IMG/VR virus record: IMGVR_UViG_3300042520_003480
From: an uncultured virus (IMG/VR IMGVR_UViG_3300042520_003480)
Taxonomy: Duplodnaviria > Heunggongvirae > Uroviricota > Caudoviricetes
Direction: 5' to 3' (one strand)
Length of the DNA: 64,000 nt
Part shown: piece by piece, positions 55,183 to 64,000 of the stretch
Position numbering within the stretch: position 1 is the first letter of the stretch
How the letters are laid out: every line of letters starts with the position of its first letter
Program-made: the position numbers and the translations under genes
The notes under the pieces: generated by a model
Database searches by the model: none
What the model was told of the DNA's origin: nothing
What the model saw: only the letters and a program-made list of their open reading frames with translations

Positions 55183-57354
55183 TTATAAAAGTTCTTGGAA
55201 ATCTTGTCCAGCTCTTGTTGCAACGAAGTTAACTAAGATAAACTCGGCTGTTTTTATTGGCTTGATGTAGATGTCTACTATCAATTCGTTGTTTTCGATT
55301 GTTTCCATTGTATTGTTGCGGTCGTCACTTACAATTAAGAAGTCGCTTAAGCCACTTGTGTTCTTAGCTAAATCAAAGATCGGTAAGATAGAGGTCTTAA
55401 CCTTTGTTCTCGTAAATGATGTATTTGGTTCAAATACAAACTTTCTTAGTGTTCTGACTGTTTCCCGCTCAAGAGCTAAGAACAATCTACGAACATTGAT
55501 TCTATCAAAGGCGGTTGGTTTTGTCTGTAGGGTCTTTTGGCCCATAATGCAATATCCATCACTTTGATAATAAACAACTGGGTTGACTGAAATTTCGTAC
55601 AACCGATCTCGTTGCTTTAGATTTGGATTAATCGCAATATCTAAGACACTAAATTTACCTCTCGTTACACCAGCGGGAGCTGCCCACATATGGCCCGCTA
55701 AGTCGCTCCTGCCATAAATTGCTGCTGCAAACCCAGAAAAGGGTGCCCACATTCTTTGAGCGCCATATATATCTGGGATTTTAACCCAATTACCATACAT
55801 TGCTGCATAATTTGTTTCGTAGTTAGCACATTCTTTAAGAGGCGCATACATATCTACGTTAAAATCAACTGAGTCCAGATCAATTCGTTTGCTGTCTCTT
55901 CCACTAATAAATATTGATCTAGGAGCGTCAATAATTGCAAAGCAGTCTTTACGAGTATTTTCAACAAAGTTAACGATAACGTTTGTAACATCACTCCAAG
56001 AAGGAATGACGACAAACGGATTTGGAATAAACACATTGTCTTGAAAGGCGGATATTCCAGCGTATTGACATGTCGAATAAATTGTGGAAAGACCGGCATC
56101 AATGAGTACATCTACTTCGGTGTTTTCTACGTTTTCTAATAACCGTAAAGCCTTGTCAAGTTTTTGAGGAACACTTCCGATTACTTTTAATTTTTCGGCA
56201 TTGCGGTTATCGGTAGTGTACACGCCAATTGGATGAAGTGCTTTGGCTTCATTGTGCAATGAAATTCTGGAGGTCGGATTGGTGCCTGTTGACGTCCAAT
56301 TGAATTTTTCTGACAACTCAGGATTGATGTACATCTTGATAGTTGGAGAAGCGTCGTTGATAAGATCTTGAGCGTATGCATTAGAAAGATTTCCTCCGCT
56401 TGGGCTGACTTTCTTTCTTGTTGAATCTAAACTTCCGAGATATTTCTCCACAGAAGCTAGTGTTAATAAAGAACTATCTGTGCTTGACCGACGAACCCTA
56501 AACACTCCAATTGAAAGATTATCTTGATAAAGAGGGGTTTCATATCCAATAAACCCTACTTTTTCTAAATTTTCTGAAACTGAATTAACTCCACGAACTG
56601 ACTCAAAATTTGTTGCTGAAAGAGCGAAGTCGAGTCTGAGCGGATCAATTGAGCTGAAATTAGAATTAATGTCTGTAGTTAAAGTTTGGATTGTTCTAAT
56701 TGAATCAAATGATGTTATACCAAGAGGAGTTAAAGACGCATTGTACATGGACAAGTTGTCGGCCATGCCAATATAGTATCCCTCTCCAACCTCGTTAATA
56801 GTTGTTCCAAGGTCGTTTAAAATCATAAACCCTGCTTTGGCATCTAATGCCAAAGGAAAACCTGGAGTAAGAGAAGCAGAAACCGATCCCGTTGCTGTGG
56901 GTCCTGCGTTTACGTCTGACCATGAAAAGTCTCCAGCAACTAACTTTTCATACGTAACTCTATCGATAGCAAAATGTTGTGGAGAGCCAATTACCCATTC
57001 TGTACTTGCTGGACCAACTCCAACTGCTGACATCATCGGAAACAGCAAAAGACTGTGTCCATTGGAAAATCCTGTTCCGTTACCTTCTCCATAAGGCAAA
57101 CGCAACGTTGTCAATCTGCAAGGAGAATTAATTATTTCTCTACAAGAGTAATGAAAGTATTTTTCTGCTTGAGTAGTAGGAGCTCCGTAGATTCTTTCTA
57201 GTTCACTTGCGGATGTAATGTGTACTGGTTCACTGATTGGACCTTGGCTAGCAAACCCAGGAACTACTATAATTGTTCCTGTTGGTATTGTTTCTGTTAA
57301 TGTTAGGTCCTTTTCTGTGATTTGAATGCCTGGTGAATTGATTGTTCTTGCCAT
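55183..57354 (-). CDS. gp18: Contractile tail sheath protein
   Basis: SPGIQITEKDLT, WAAPAGVTRG, GQKTLQ, AFDRINVRRLF, FEPN and IKPIKTAEFI. Confidence 0.97.
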   Translation of the reverse strand: MARTINSPGIQITEKDLTLTETIPTGTIIVVPGFASQGPISEPVHITSASELERIYGAPTTQAEKYFHYSCREIINSPCRLTTLRLPYGEGNGTGFSNGHSLLLFPMMSAVGVGPASTEWVIGSPQHFAIDRVTYEKLVAGDFSWSDVNAGPTATGSVSASLTPGFPLALDAKAGFMILNDLGTTINEVGEGYYIGMADNLSMYNASLTPLGITSFDSIRTIQTLTTDINSNFSSIDPLRLDFALSATNFESVRGVNSVSENLEKVGFIGYETPLYQDNLSIGVFRVRRSSTDSSLLTLASVEKYLGSLDSTRKKVSPSGGNLSNAYAQDLINDASPTIKMYINPELSEKFNWTSTGTNPTSRISLHNEAKALHPIGVYTTDNRNAEKLKVIGSVPQKLDKALRLLENVENTEVDVLIDAGLSTIYSTCQYAGISAFQDNVFIPNPFVVIPSWSDVTNVIVNFVENTRKDCFAIIDAPRSIFISGRDSKRIDLDSVDFNVDMYAPLKECANYETNYAAMYGNWVKIPDIYGAQRMWAPFSGFAAAIYGRSDLAGHMWAAPAGVTRGKFSVLDIAINPNLKQRDRLYEISVNPVVYYQSDGYCIMGQKTLQTKPTAFDRINVRRLFLALERETVRTLRKFVFEPNTSFTRTKVKTSILPIFDLAKNTSGLSDFLIVSDDRNNTMETIENNELIVDIYIKPIKTAEFILVNFVATRAGQDFQELL

Positions 57355-57367
57355 ATATTTTACTTAT

Positions 57368-57973
57368 CTAAAATGAGTTGATTTTTTTTTGATTTACTAA
57401 ACTTAGTTGTCCAAAGCTAAATTGAGCAGATGATTCTAAGATTTCTGCATCTCTGTATGAATAAGCAATGCTGCCAAGATTAGTTATAAAAGCGTTGTGA
57501 TAGTTAAACGCAATAACGGGCTCGTTATACTCATCCAAGGACATTATAGAAATGGTAGTTTGATATTCAGCAATATTTCCAGAGTTGGAAGTTGCTCTTA
57601 TTTCTGATGAGGATCCTCCGTAGTTACTATTTCGACTATCATTAAGAATGTCTAACCACTTCCATAGCACGTAATAATTCTTGTATTGATTGTCTATAAT
57701 AAAATTTACAGAAAGTGGTTCGTAATTTGGACGAGAGTGAGAAGACACATTGGCTGATTGTCCGTTGTATCTAACTTCAATTGGAGGAACAGCAATAGCT
57801 GGAACTATTGTTCCAAAGACGCTTATTTGTAGCGAGTCTATATTCAAAAGATCATCAGTTTCTGCGTATTTTCTTAAAATTTGCGGGGTGTTTAAAACCA
57901 TTATAAACTTGTCCTTAGAAGAAGAGTTTAAGGGAGAGTTAATTTTTGGGTTTTCGCAAATAACGTTTGACAT
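57368..57973 (-). CDS. Tail tube-fold protein (gp3/gp54-like)
   Basis: VPAIAVP, YEPLSVNFIID..YKNY..LWKW and NAFITNLG. Confidence 0.7.
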   Translation of the reverse strand: MSNVICENPKINSPLNSSSKDKFIMVLNTPQILRKYAETDDLLNIDSLQISVFGTIVPAIAVPPIEVRYNGQSANVSSHSRPNYEPLSVNFIIDNQYKNYYVLWKWLDILNDSRNSNYGGSSSEIRATSNSGNIAEYQTTISIMSLDEYNEPVIAFNYHNAFITNLGSIAYSYRDAEILESSAQFSFGQLSLVNQKKINSF

Positions 57974-57976
57974 AAT

Positions 57977-59959
57977 TTAAAGAAAAGTGTAGCCCATTTC
58001 TAGTAGGCTGTCGAGATCTTGTTCATACTTATTTGTTATGTCTACATCCTTTGAAGTTAAATTTAGCGAAGGAAACAATTCGTGTTCGTCTAAACTTGCT
58101 GGCTTTGGCACAATTGTAGAGTATTTAGATAATTCTTTTAATTGATAAAATTCTTCAGAAATTTCCCAATAACCATTGTTTTTAATTTGTAATGGCTTAT
58201 GTTGCATGTCATAATCTACTATTTCAAAGTATTGCTGGCATATGTCTGATTCTAAAATAAACAGAGCCCAAACCAGCGACATTACCCTATCATCAAAAAA
58301 ATTGTCGCTCTTCTTTCTGTAGGTTCCATTTGGAAATCTTACAAATGTTTCAAATTCTGAGATTGTGGTTGGATCATTAATATGAACGGTTTGAAGATGG
58401 TTGATCCAATATCTCATATTTTGGATGCCATCAAATTTAATGTTAGTGTGAGAAAGAACTCCTAAGTTACGTGTTCTGTTGTATTTATCTTGTTCTGATA
58501 TTTTGGAATAAGATGCAATTTTTTCGTAATTGTAGTTGTGATGAAGAGCGTCTATAACTTGAGCTCCACAGTTGTTTCTTTCAATTAATATAGGAGGAAG
58601 TCCCCAAGATTGGCCAATTACTGAAAGCTTGTTTGCAAAATGATACGGCTCAATTTTGGCTGAACCATACACAGCTACTTGTTTAATGTTTTGTAAGTCT
58701 GTTACATCTAAGATTTGAGCTACAGAAGAAGCTCTTCCTATGCCTTCTCCAACGTCTACGCCAACAACGTATAATTTTGTGCTGTTTGGATATTCATATA
58801 CCACATATTCTCCATCTTCTGAAGACCATATTGGATCTTTTTTTTCGTTTTTAAATCGCTCGATTACAGAGGCTCCTACTGCTGCTGCTGCAGCATCCAA
58901 AAAGGCGTTACCATATTCTTGTAGAAATTTTTCTTCTGATCCAAACAATTGAATTTGATCATTTTTCCAATCTTCGTCTCTTCCTGGTCTATCCCACCAA
59001 TCAATTCTGGATGATTTCCAGCTAGGCAAAGTGCCCTTTTCTGCACCTGAAAAAATTTCGTAGAATTTGTTACCAACTCCATTTGGAGTACTCACTAGCA
59101 AAATTTTAGATTTTTTACCCGAAGACACTGAAGGAATTACCGAAGACCAAAATTCTTCTATTATATGCGGTTCAATAAACGCTACTTCATCAATAGCTAG
59201 TGTTGAAAGAGAATCTCCACGAATAGAAGTCGCTGTTGTAGTGGAAACAAGTATGCTCGAGTCGTTTCCTAAAGTCATTCCTGTTTTGCCGTAATCTTTT
59301 ACTCCGGGTTTTATGTAGTTGGGGAGCTGTTCGTACGCCATTCTTACTCTTTTAAAGATGTTTATTGCAGTTGCTTCTTTGTTTGCTACAATTGCTGCTC
59401 TGTGATCTTCATTAAAGCATGCCATCCAAAGTACAAAAATCGTTAAAAGCGTAGATTTTCCGCTCTGTCTAGATGCTAGGTTTACGGTAAAGCGGTTATT
59501 TACCATGTTTAGAAGCATTCGTTTTTGAGCGTCGTATAATTTTATTTTTTCTTTACCACTATCTACGCTAACTATGTAGAAGAAATTTTCTGCAAAATAC
59601 ACAACATCGCTCTTGCATTTCCGTAGCTCTTCAACCATGTCTCCTGTAAACTCATATTGAGCTCCGGCGATTGGTACATTCTTAGATCCTCTATAATAAA
59701 AAGACGAATCAATAGGCTCTTGATTTATAATTTTGTCAGTGTGTGTATTATATCCAGCCTCTGTAAATTTATTTTCGTCTAGAACGGAGTTTAATACATC
59801 TTCTTCTGTTGCATATTTAGAAGAAGAGAACTCTGGAATTTGTTGTAATACGACCTTGGGCTTTGTTGTTGATCCTTTGGGTCTGCCTCGTTTTGGTCTA
59901 TTTTTAGAGCCTGGAGGTCTTCCCTTTTTTCTTATATTATTAGACAACTCTTCTGACAT
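57977..59959 (-). CDS. gp17: Terminase large subunit
   Basis: LYDAQ, SRQSGKST, IDEVAF, STPNG and VGVDVGEG; N-terminal GRP motifs. Confidence 0.97.
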   Translation of the reverse strand: MSEELSNNIRKKGRPPGSKNRPKRGRPKGSTTKPKVVLQQIPEFSSSKYATEEDVLNSVLDENKFTEAGYNTHTDKIINQEPIDSSFYYRGSKNVPIAGAQYEFTGDMVEELRKCKSDVVYFAENFFYIVSVDSGKEKIKLYDAQKRMLLNMVNNRFTVNLASRQSGKSTLLTIFVLWMACFNEDHRAAIVANKEATAINIFKRVRMAYEQLPNYIKPGVKDYGKTGMTLGNDSSILVSTTTATSIRGDSLSTLAIDEVAFIEPHIIEEFWSSVIPSVSSGKKSKILLVSTPNGVGNKFYEIFSGAEKGTLPSWKSSRIDWWDRPGRDEDWKNDQIQLFGSEEKFLQEYGNAFLDAAAAAVGASVIERFKNEKKDPIWSSEDGEYVVYEYPNSTKLYVVGVDVGEGIGRASSVAQILDVTDLQNIKQVAVYGSAKIEPYHFANKLSVIGQSWGLPPILIERNNCGAQVIDALHHNYNYEKIASYSKISEQDKYNRTRNLGVLSHTNIKFDGIQNMRYWINHLQTVHINDPTTISEFETFVRFPNGTYRKKSDNFFDDRVMSLVWALFILESDICQQYFEIVDYDMQHKPLQIKNNGYWEISEEFYQLKELSKYSTIVPKPASLDEHELFPSLNLTSKDVDITNKYEQDLDSLLEMGYTFL

Positions 59960-59970
59960 TGCAGAAGTAA

Positions 59971-60342
59971 TTAAGGCCTGTTGCTAGCAATATCAAAAAA
60001 CGTAGAGCGAATTATATCAACAAGTGCTGCTTCATTTTTAGGAGTAGAAGCATTGATAATTACAACTTTTTCATCTTGTAAAGAATATCCTATTAAAGCA
60101 AAAGCGGACATGTATTCTTCAGCAATTAAACAAAGACGGGAAATTTCTTTGAGTTTATTTTTTTTGTCTTCTAAAAAAGGATCATTTTTATGTCTGGCTA
60201 AAGCCTGAGCAAACATATGTTCAATGTTTATTTTTTCTGCTTCGGTAATTTTTGTTTCTACGGATTTTTTTTTAGAAAGTTTCCGTCTAGGTTTTTTTGG
60301 TTCGTTCATGGCTTGCGCTCTTCTCTTGTTGTCTGTAAGCAA
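59971..60342 (-). CDS. Hypothetical protein
   Basis: ORF upstream of the terminase with a basic N-terminus; start may be at 60309. Confidence 0.55.
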   Translation of the reverse strand: MLTDNKRRAQAMNEPKKPRRKLSKKKSVETKITEAEKINIEHMFAQALARHKNDPFLEDKKNKLKEISRLCLIAEEYMSAFALIGYSLQDEKVVIINASTPKNEAALVDIIRSTFFDIASNRP

Positions 60343-60644
60343 GGCTTTGTTCCAATGATTCCGTATTTTGTCAAATGCTCTACGATAATTTCAAATGAAG
60401 AAGTTTGTATTTTTAAGCGTCCAGGAATGTATTGATTACCATCGTATAATTCAAAAAACGTTTCTCCGATGTAAGGATCGTTTATGTAACATGTACAAAA
60501 AACGGATGAGACACCCGGATCAATCATGATTGTCCAAGCTCTTGGGTCCACTTCACTGTATTCTGCAAAAAGCTTGTTTGCAAAGTACCCAGAGTCCCGA
60601 AAACGCTTAAGAGTGTAGCCAAGTGTAGTCAGTTTGTTTGCCAT
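60306..60644 (-). CDS. Hypothetical protein
   Basis: 112-aa ORF. Confidence 0.6.
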   Translation of the reverse strand: MANKLTTLGYTLKRFRDSGYFANKLFAEYSEVDPRAWTIMIDPGVSSVFCTCYINDPYIGETFFELYDGNQYIPGRLKIQTSSFEIIVEHLTKYGIIGTKPCLQTTREERKP

Positions 60645-60665
60645 AATAAAATTTATTTAGGCAAA

Positions 60666-61397
60666 TTACTTCACAAGTCCAGATACGATGTATTTTAAAG
60701 ACGAACTCTCAAACTTAAATACCTTGAGTTGCTGATTAACACTAACGTTTATTTCTTCTGAACCAAAAGAAAATAAAAGGACATTTTGAATGTTAATTGG
60801 AAATCCGTCTAGCAAAGCATGTCCATTATATTGGGAGCAAACCTCTGTAACAATTTCGTTTGTATTGGCCTTCTGCTCGTCTCCTAGCTTAGCTAAAACT
60901 TTATTGTTTTCTGTTACAAAATAAAGTTTTTCTGCCTCAGGAACAATGCTATTGAATTTTATTATTTCTGAAAGTTTTTGTTTTGTTATACTAAAAGAAG
61001 TATCAAAACTTAAATTATTGAGTTTTTCTTCGTTGATTGACTTCTTATTGACAATATAGCTCTCGTCTAATAGATGATACTTAAACGAGAATGTTTTATC
61101 GTTATATTTGATTGCGTTTGATTCAATTTGTAGCTGAATTTGTTCGGTTTCTATCCCTGAAAACAGTCTCAAAAAAGTTTTACAATCCGGAATAACACAC
61201 TTAAACGGGTCTTGAACTACACAGGGAATGTTGCTAAGAAGAATGGCAGAATTGTCTGAAGAGCTAACAAGGGTTTTTGCTGACCACCCTAATTTGTGAT
61301 TCGAAGGCTCGAAGTCTATTAAGAGATTATCTGCAATTTTTGAAACTGGTCCTAAAAGATTATTTACAAAATCGGTTTTATTAAGCGTTAATTTCAT
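60666..61397 (-). CDS. gp45: Sliding clamp
   Basis: 243 aa with a two-domain clamp-like pattern (IPDCKTFLRLFS, FKYHL, FSITKQKLSEIIK), near gp32. Confidence 0.7.
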   Translation of the reverse strand: MKLTLNKTDFVNNLLGPVSKIADNLLIDFEPSNHKLGWSAKTLVSSSDNSAILLSNIPCVVQDPFKCVIPDCKTFLRLFSGIETEQIQLQIESNAIKYNDKTFSFKYHLLDESYIVNKKSINEEKLNNLSFDTSFSITKQKLSEIIKFNSIVPEAEKLYFVTENNKVLAKLGDEQKANTNEIVTEVCSQYNGHALLDGFPINIQNVLLFSFGSEEINVSVNQQLKVFKFESSSLKYIVSGLVK

Positions 61398-61888
61398 TTA
61401 GTAACACGCTTAATTCTCTTCTTTTTAACAGAAATATCAACGCTTTCTAATTTATTAGCAATTCTTTCAAGACTGTTGGCAATGCTCTCTAAAGCAAAAT
61501 TAGAAGTAGATGAAGAGGAGATTGTCTGGAGACTTTGTTGCGGAAGTTGGGGTTGTTGAATGTAAGCAGCTTGCTGTTCAAATGGAGGTTGAGCTGTTGG
61601 TAGCGTAGGAGGAGGCAAGGGGTGAGCGTTTTCAGCTTCTTGTTGAAGCATCTGAATTAAACGAATTTCTTCTGCTTTTTTTGCGTGTTGATAATGAGGA
61701 GAATCTGCCAAAAATTGTTGAGGATTAATTCTTACAATATTTGGCTGAGATCCAGAATCAGTCTGTGCACTACTTTGAACTTTAAGCAATTCTGATCCAA
61801 AAATTTGGGCAATTTGTGCTGTGGCAATTTTATCGTCGGTAAACATATTATATATAATTTTAAGGGATTTAATGAAAGTTTTGAACAT
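61394..61888 (-). CDS. Hypothetical Gln/Pro-rich protein (start may be MFTDDK at 61846)
   Basis: ORF between folE and the clamp gene. Confidence 0.55.
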   Translation of the reverse strand: MFKTFIKSLKIIYNMFTDDKIATAQIAQIFGSELLKVQSSAQTDSGSQPNIVRINPQQFLADSPHYQHAKKAEEIRLIQMLQQEAENAHPLPPPTLPTAQPPFEQQAAYIQQPQLPQQSLQTISSSSTSNFALESIANSLERIANKLESVDISVKKKRIKRVTK

Positions 61889-61898
61889 TACAACTAAC

Positions 61899-62588
61899 CT
61901 ATGAACCGAATCTACTTTGATCGATCAAATTAAAGAATTCTTGTCTTGTTCCAATTTCATTTGTGTGAAAATATCCTGACATTTGACTGGTTTTCATGAT
62001 ACTATCGTGTTTAATGCCTCTGCACTTTACACAGTTGTGTTGGCTTTCGATTACTACAGCTACGCCTCTGCTGCCAACACACAATCTTTCAATATGATCG
62101 TGAATTTGCTTGGTCAGGCTTTCTTGAATATTAGGCCTGCGTGAATAGTAATCAACGATGCGATTAAGCTTACTTAGGCCGATGACCAAATCAGTAGTTT
62201 TCTTGCCAGGAATATAAGCAGCATGACACATGCCATGAAAGGTCAAGTTGTGATGAGCGCACATACTGACTACCGGAATGCGCGTCTGACAAATTAGCCC
62301 CGTATATCCTTCATCATTAGGGAATGCTGTAACTTCCGGCTCTGGACTATTTGAACCAGAGATTAGGTCATTTACCCACGCCTTAGCTACTCTGCGAGGC
62401 GTATTTGCTGAATGGGGATCCGCTGCCCAATCAAATCCCAAAGAGGTTAAGAACTTTCCGTAGTACTCAGCAGCTTGCTCAATCATTTGAGCCTTTTCTT
62501 CTGCTGTTCGTGCAATACTGCCGTTAGCTTTTTTAAGTAGTTCCATATTTATAGAGATTAATTTTAATACAATTTTACAGATCAGCAA
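61899..62588 (-). CDS. folE: GTP cyclohydrolase I (probable start MELLKK at 62546)
   Basis: TPRRVAK, SMCAHH, GLSKLNR, RRPNIQE and HNCVKCRG. Confidence 0.96.
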   Translation of the reverse strand: MLICKIVLKLISINMELLKKANGSIARTAEEKAQMIEQAAEYYGKFLTSLGFDWAADPHSANTPRRVAKAWVNDLISGSNSPEPEVTAFPNDEGYTGLICQTRIPVVSMCAHHNLTFHGMCHAAYIPGKKTTDLVIGLSKLNRIVDYYSRRPNIQESLTKQIHDHIERLCVGSRGVAVVIESQHNCVKCRGIKHDSIMKTSQMSGYFHTNEIGTRQEFFNLIDQSRFGS

Positions 62589-63531
62589 GAAGTTTTTTCA
62601 AAGCCTCGTCAGTAGACTCATCCGTTTCATTAACGTCATCTTTTACTGAAGCTTTATTTGATGGTTTATTTGGAGCAGCTTCCACATTCTCAAAGACACT
62701 TTCAATTGCTTCCGCTGACTTTTTTGTTGTCGTTGGCTTTTCATTTCGAATTGGGGCATATTCATCATCAGAATTATCTTCAACTGAAGATCCCGTCGTC
62801 AAATTAAAAAAGTGCTCGTCTAACAACCGTTGCATTTCTGCTGGAGTCGTTTGCTTGTTCACTGCTTTAAGATCATGTACAGATTCGTAAATCTTCTGTA
62901 CATCATTCTCCTCCAAGTCTAAGTCGGAAGGACTTAGAAATTTAGAAGAAGCATACGTAACCATTTGCTTGCCCCCTCGACCTGCTCCTGTTCGGCTTTC
63001 ACACTTAATGCGAAGAGTACTGCCGTTAGCAACATCAAAGACTTTCTCTACTCCAAATTCTTTAACATCGTCTCCCTCGAGAGCTGACTCGATAATCTTT
63101 GCTAGCTCTTTGCCATAGCGAAGGATTTTTACTTTACCTTCATTTTCTGGAGTTTCGGGATCCGAAATAACATACACATTGACCATCCAAGCTTCTTTGC
63201 GAGACAGAACGCGAGCAGACTCTTTTTCAGACTCTGTTCCTGTGCGATATGTTTTGAGATAATAAGCGTCAATAGGGCATGTTTCTCCAAAAGTAGTTGG
63301 ACAAAGAGCTGTCACATATTTGCCTGTAGCATTGGAATTCCAGCCGTGGTTATAGTAATGGAAAATGGTCTCCTTTGGTGAATTTGGATTTGGTACCAAG
63401 CGAACTTGGTATGTATTTCCAGCAGAAAATTTCATAATTTCCTTATATAAACCGTTTCCGCCTCCTTCCTTTTTGTCAGAGGAAAGTGATTGTTTGATTG
63501 CTTCGAACATTGATTTGGTGTTGATACTCAT
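62575..63531 (-). CDS. gp32: Single-stranded DNA-binding protein
   Basis: VRLVP, CPTTFGETCPI, NVYVISDPETPENEGKVKILRYGK and an acidic tail ending LLADL. Confidence 0.92.
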   Translation of the reverse strand: MSINTKSMFEAIKQSLSSDKKEGGGNGLYKEIMKFSAGNTYQVRLVPNPNSPKETIFHYYNHGWNSNATGKYVTALCPTTFGETCPIDAYYLKTYRTGTESEKESARVLSRKEAWMVNVYVISDPETPENEGKVKILRYGKELAKIIESALEGDDVKEFGVEKVFDVANGSTLRIKCESRTGAGRGGKQMVTYASSKFLSPSDLDLEENDVQKIYESVHDLKAVNKQTTPAEMQRLLDEHFFNLTTGSSVEDNSDDEYAPIRNEKPTTTKKSAEAIESVFENVEAAPNKPSNKASVKDDVNETDESTDEALKKLLADL

Positions 63532-63542
63532 AATTTCGTTTT

Positions 63543-64000
63543 TTATAATAGATTATTTTTTAATTGTGTCAACTGTTTTTCTACAAAATTAGAAAGAACA
63601 GGTAATGCTTTTTTAATGTAGGACTTGAGATTTGTTGAGTTGTTGTAGTTTATATACAATTGTTGAAATCGCTCTACAAACTCTCCAACAAAAATTTTTC
63701 GGACATCCTCGGCTAGGCTCTGAGCAGATGAAAATACATTGGTGAATTCCATAACACTGTAGATGTTTATTTTATTTTGTTTGTAGTGTTGCATCCAAGT
63801 GAATAAGTCAGATGTTCTGTGATACGGATATTGATAAAATTGGATGTTGTTTTCTATGCAGAAATTTGCAATAAATTTTAAAGAATCTTTAACACTTTCT
63901 ACTTGTGAATCTGGGTCCTGTAAAAACATTTGTTTTTTGTACATGGTGTATGATTTGATAGCTCTCATAGTAGAGAAATAATCTAACCCAAAATACTCAA
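63543..64000 (-). CDS. Hypothetical protein, possibly gp59-like helicase loader; 5' end outside the window
   Basis: The frame stays open past 63968 to the window edge (...EYFGLDYFSTMRAIK); it lies upstream of gp32, as gene 59 does in T4. Confidence 0.45.
   Translation of the reverse strand, partial: EYFGLDYFSTMRAIKSYTMYKKQMFLQDPDSQVESVKDSLKFIANFCIENNIQFYQYPYHRTSDLFTWMQHYKQNKINIYSVMEFTNVFSSAQSLAEDVRKIFVGEFVERFQQLYINYNNSTNLKSYIKKALPVLSNFVEKQLTQLKNNLL
63545..63572 (-). promoter_or_regulatory. Sigma70-like promoter for gp32
   Basis: TTGACA-N16-TATTAT. Confidence 0.6.

Noticed and set aside
40403..57354. Bacterial T6SS, eCIS or tailocin locus
   Set aside because: Capsid, portal, terminase and replication genes show a complete T4-like phage.
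57977..59959. Intein or intron in the terminase
   Set aside because: No intein terminal motifs or homing endonuclease; the extra length lies at the termini.
1..64000. Stop-codon reassignment
   Set aside because: Core genes are full length in the standard code, and TAA, TAG and TGA all end genes.
1..64000. tRNA, rRNA, integrase or transposase genes
   Set aside because: None were recognised and intergenic gaps are very short; a covariance search was not run.

Overview
This 64-kb window is a gene-dense, AT-rich segment of a T4-like (myovirus) phage genome read in the standard genetic code. It carries most of a rearranged T4-type morphogenesis set: portal gp20, gp13, gp4, gp21, a gp67-like core protein, gp22, major capsid gp23, gp15, a split gp5, tube gp19, sheath gp18 and terminase gp17. 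Replication accessories (gp62, gp45, gp32), a GroES-like protein, PhoH and two deaminases are also present, along with a large set of fibre and adhesin genes. Highlights: (1) a probable 7-deazaguanine DNA-modification system (folE plus an operon of a DpdL-like T-fold protein, a P-loop kinase, a TGT/DpdA-like barrel, a glycosyltransferase and a DUF366-like protein); (2) late proteins with capsid-targeting/prohead-protease-like signals, including two tandem Pol-beta nucleotidyltransferases (one fused to a HIGH-type domain), a nuclease-like protein and a zincin; (3) three otherwise unrelated proteins sharing a periodic [DE]-x7-[LIVM]-x-[GAS] motif beside two paralogous structural proteins, suggesting a scaffold-and-bead appendage; (4) two tandem gp38-like Gly-rich adhesins with identical 5' ends and unrelated Cys-rich cores, followed by a CxxC membrane protein; (5) apparently widespread leaderless expression. 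All calls come from reading motifs by eye; no database searches were run.
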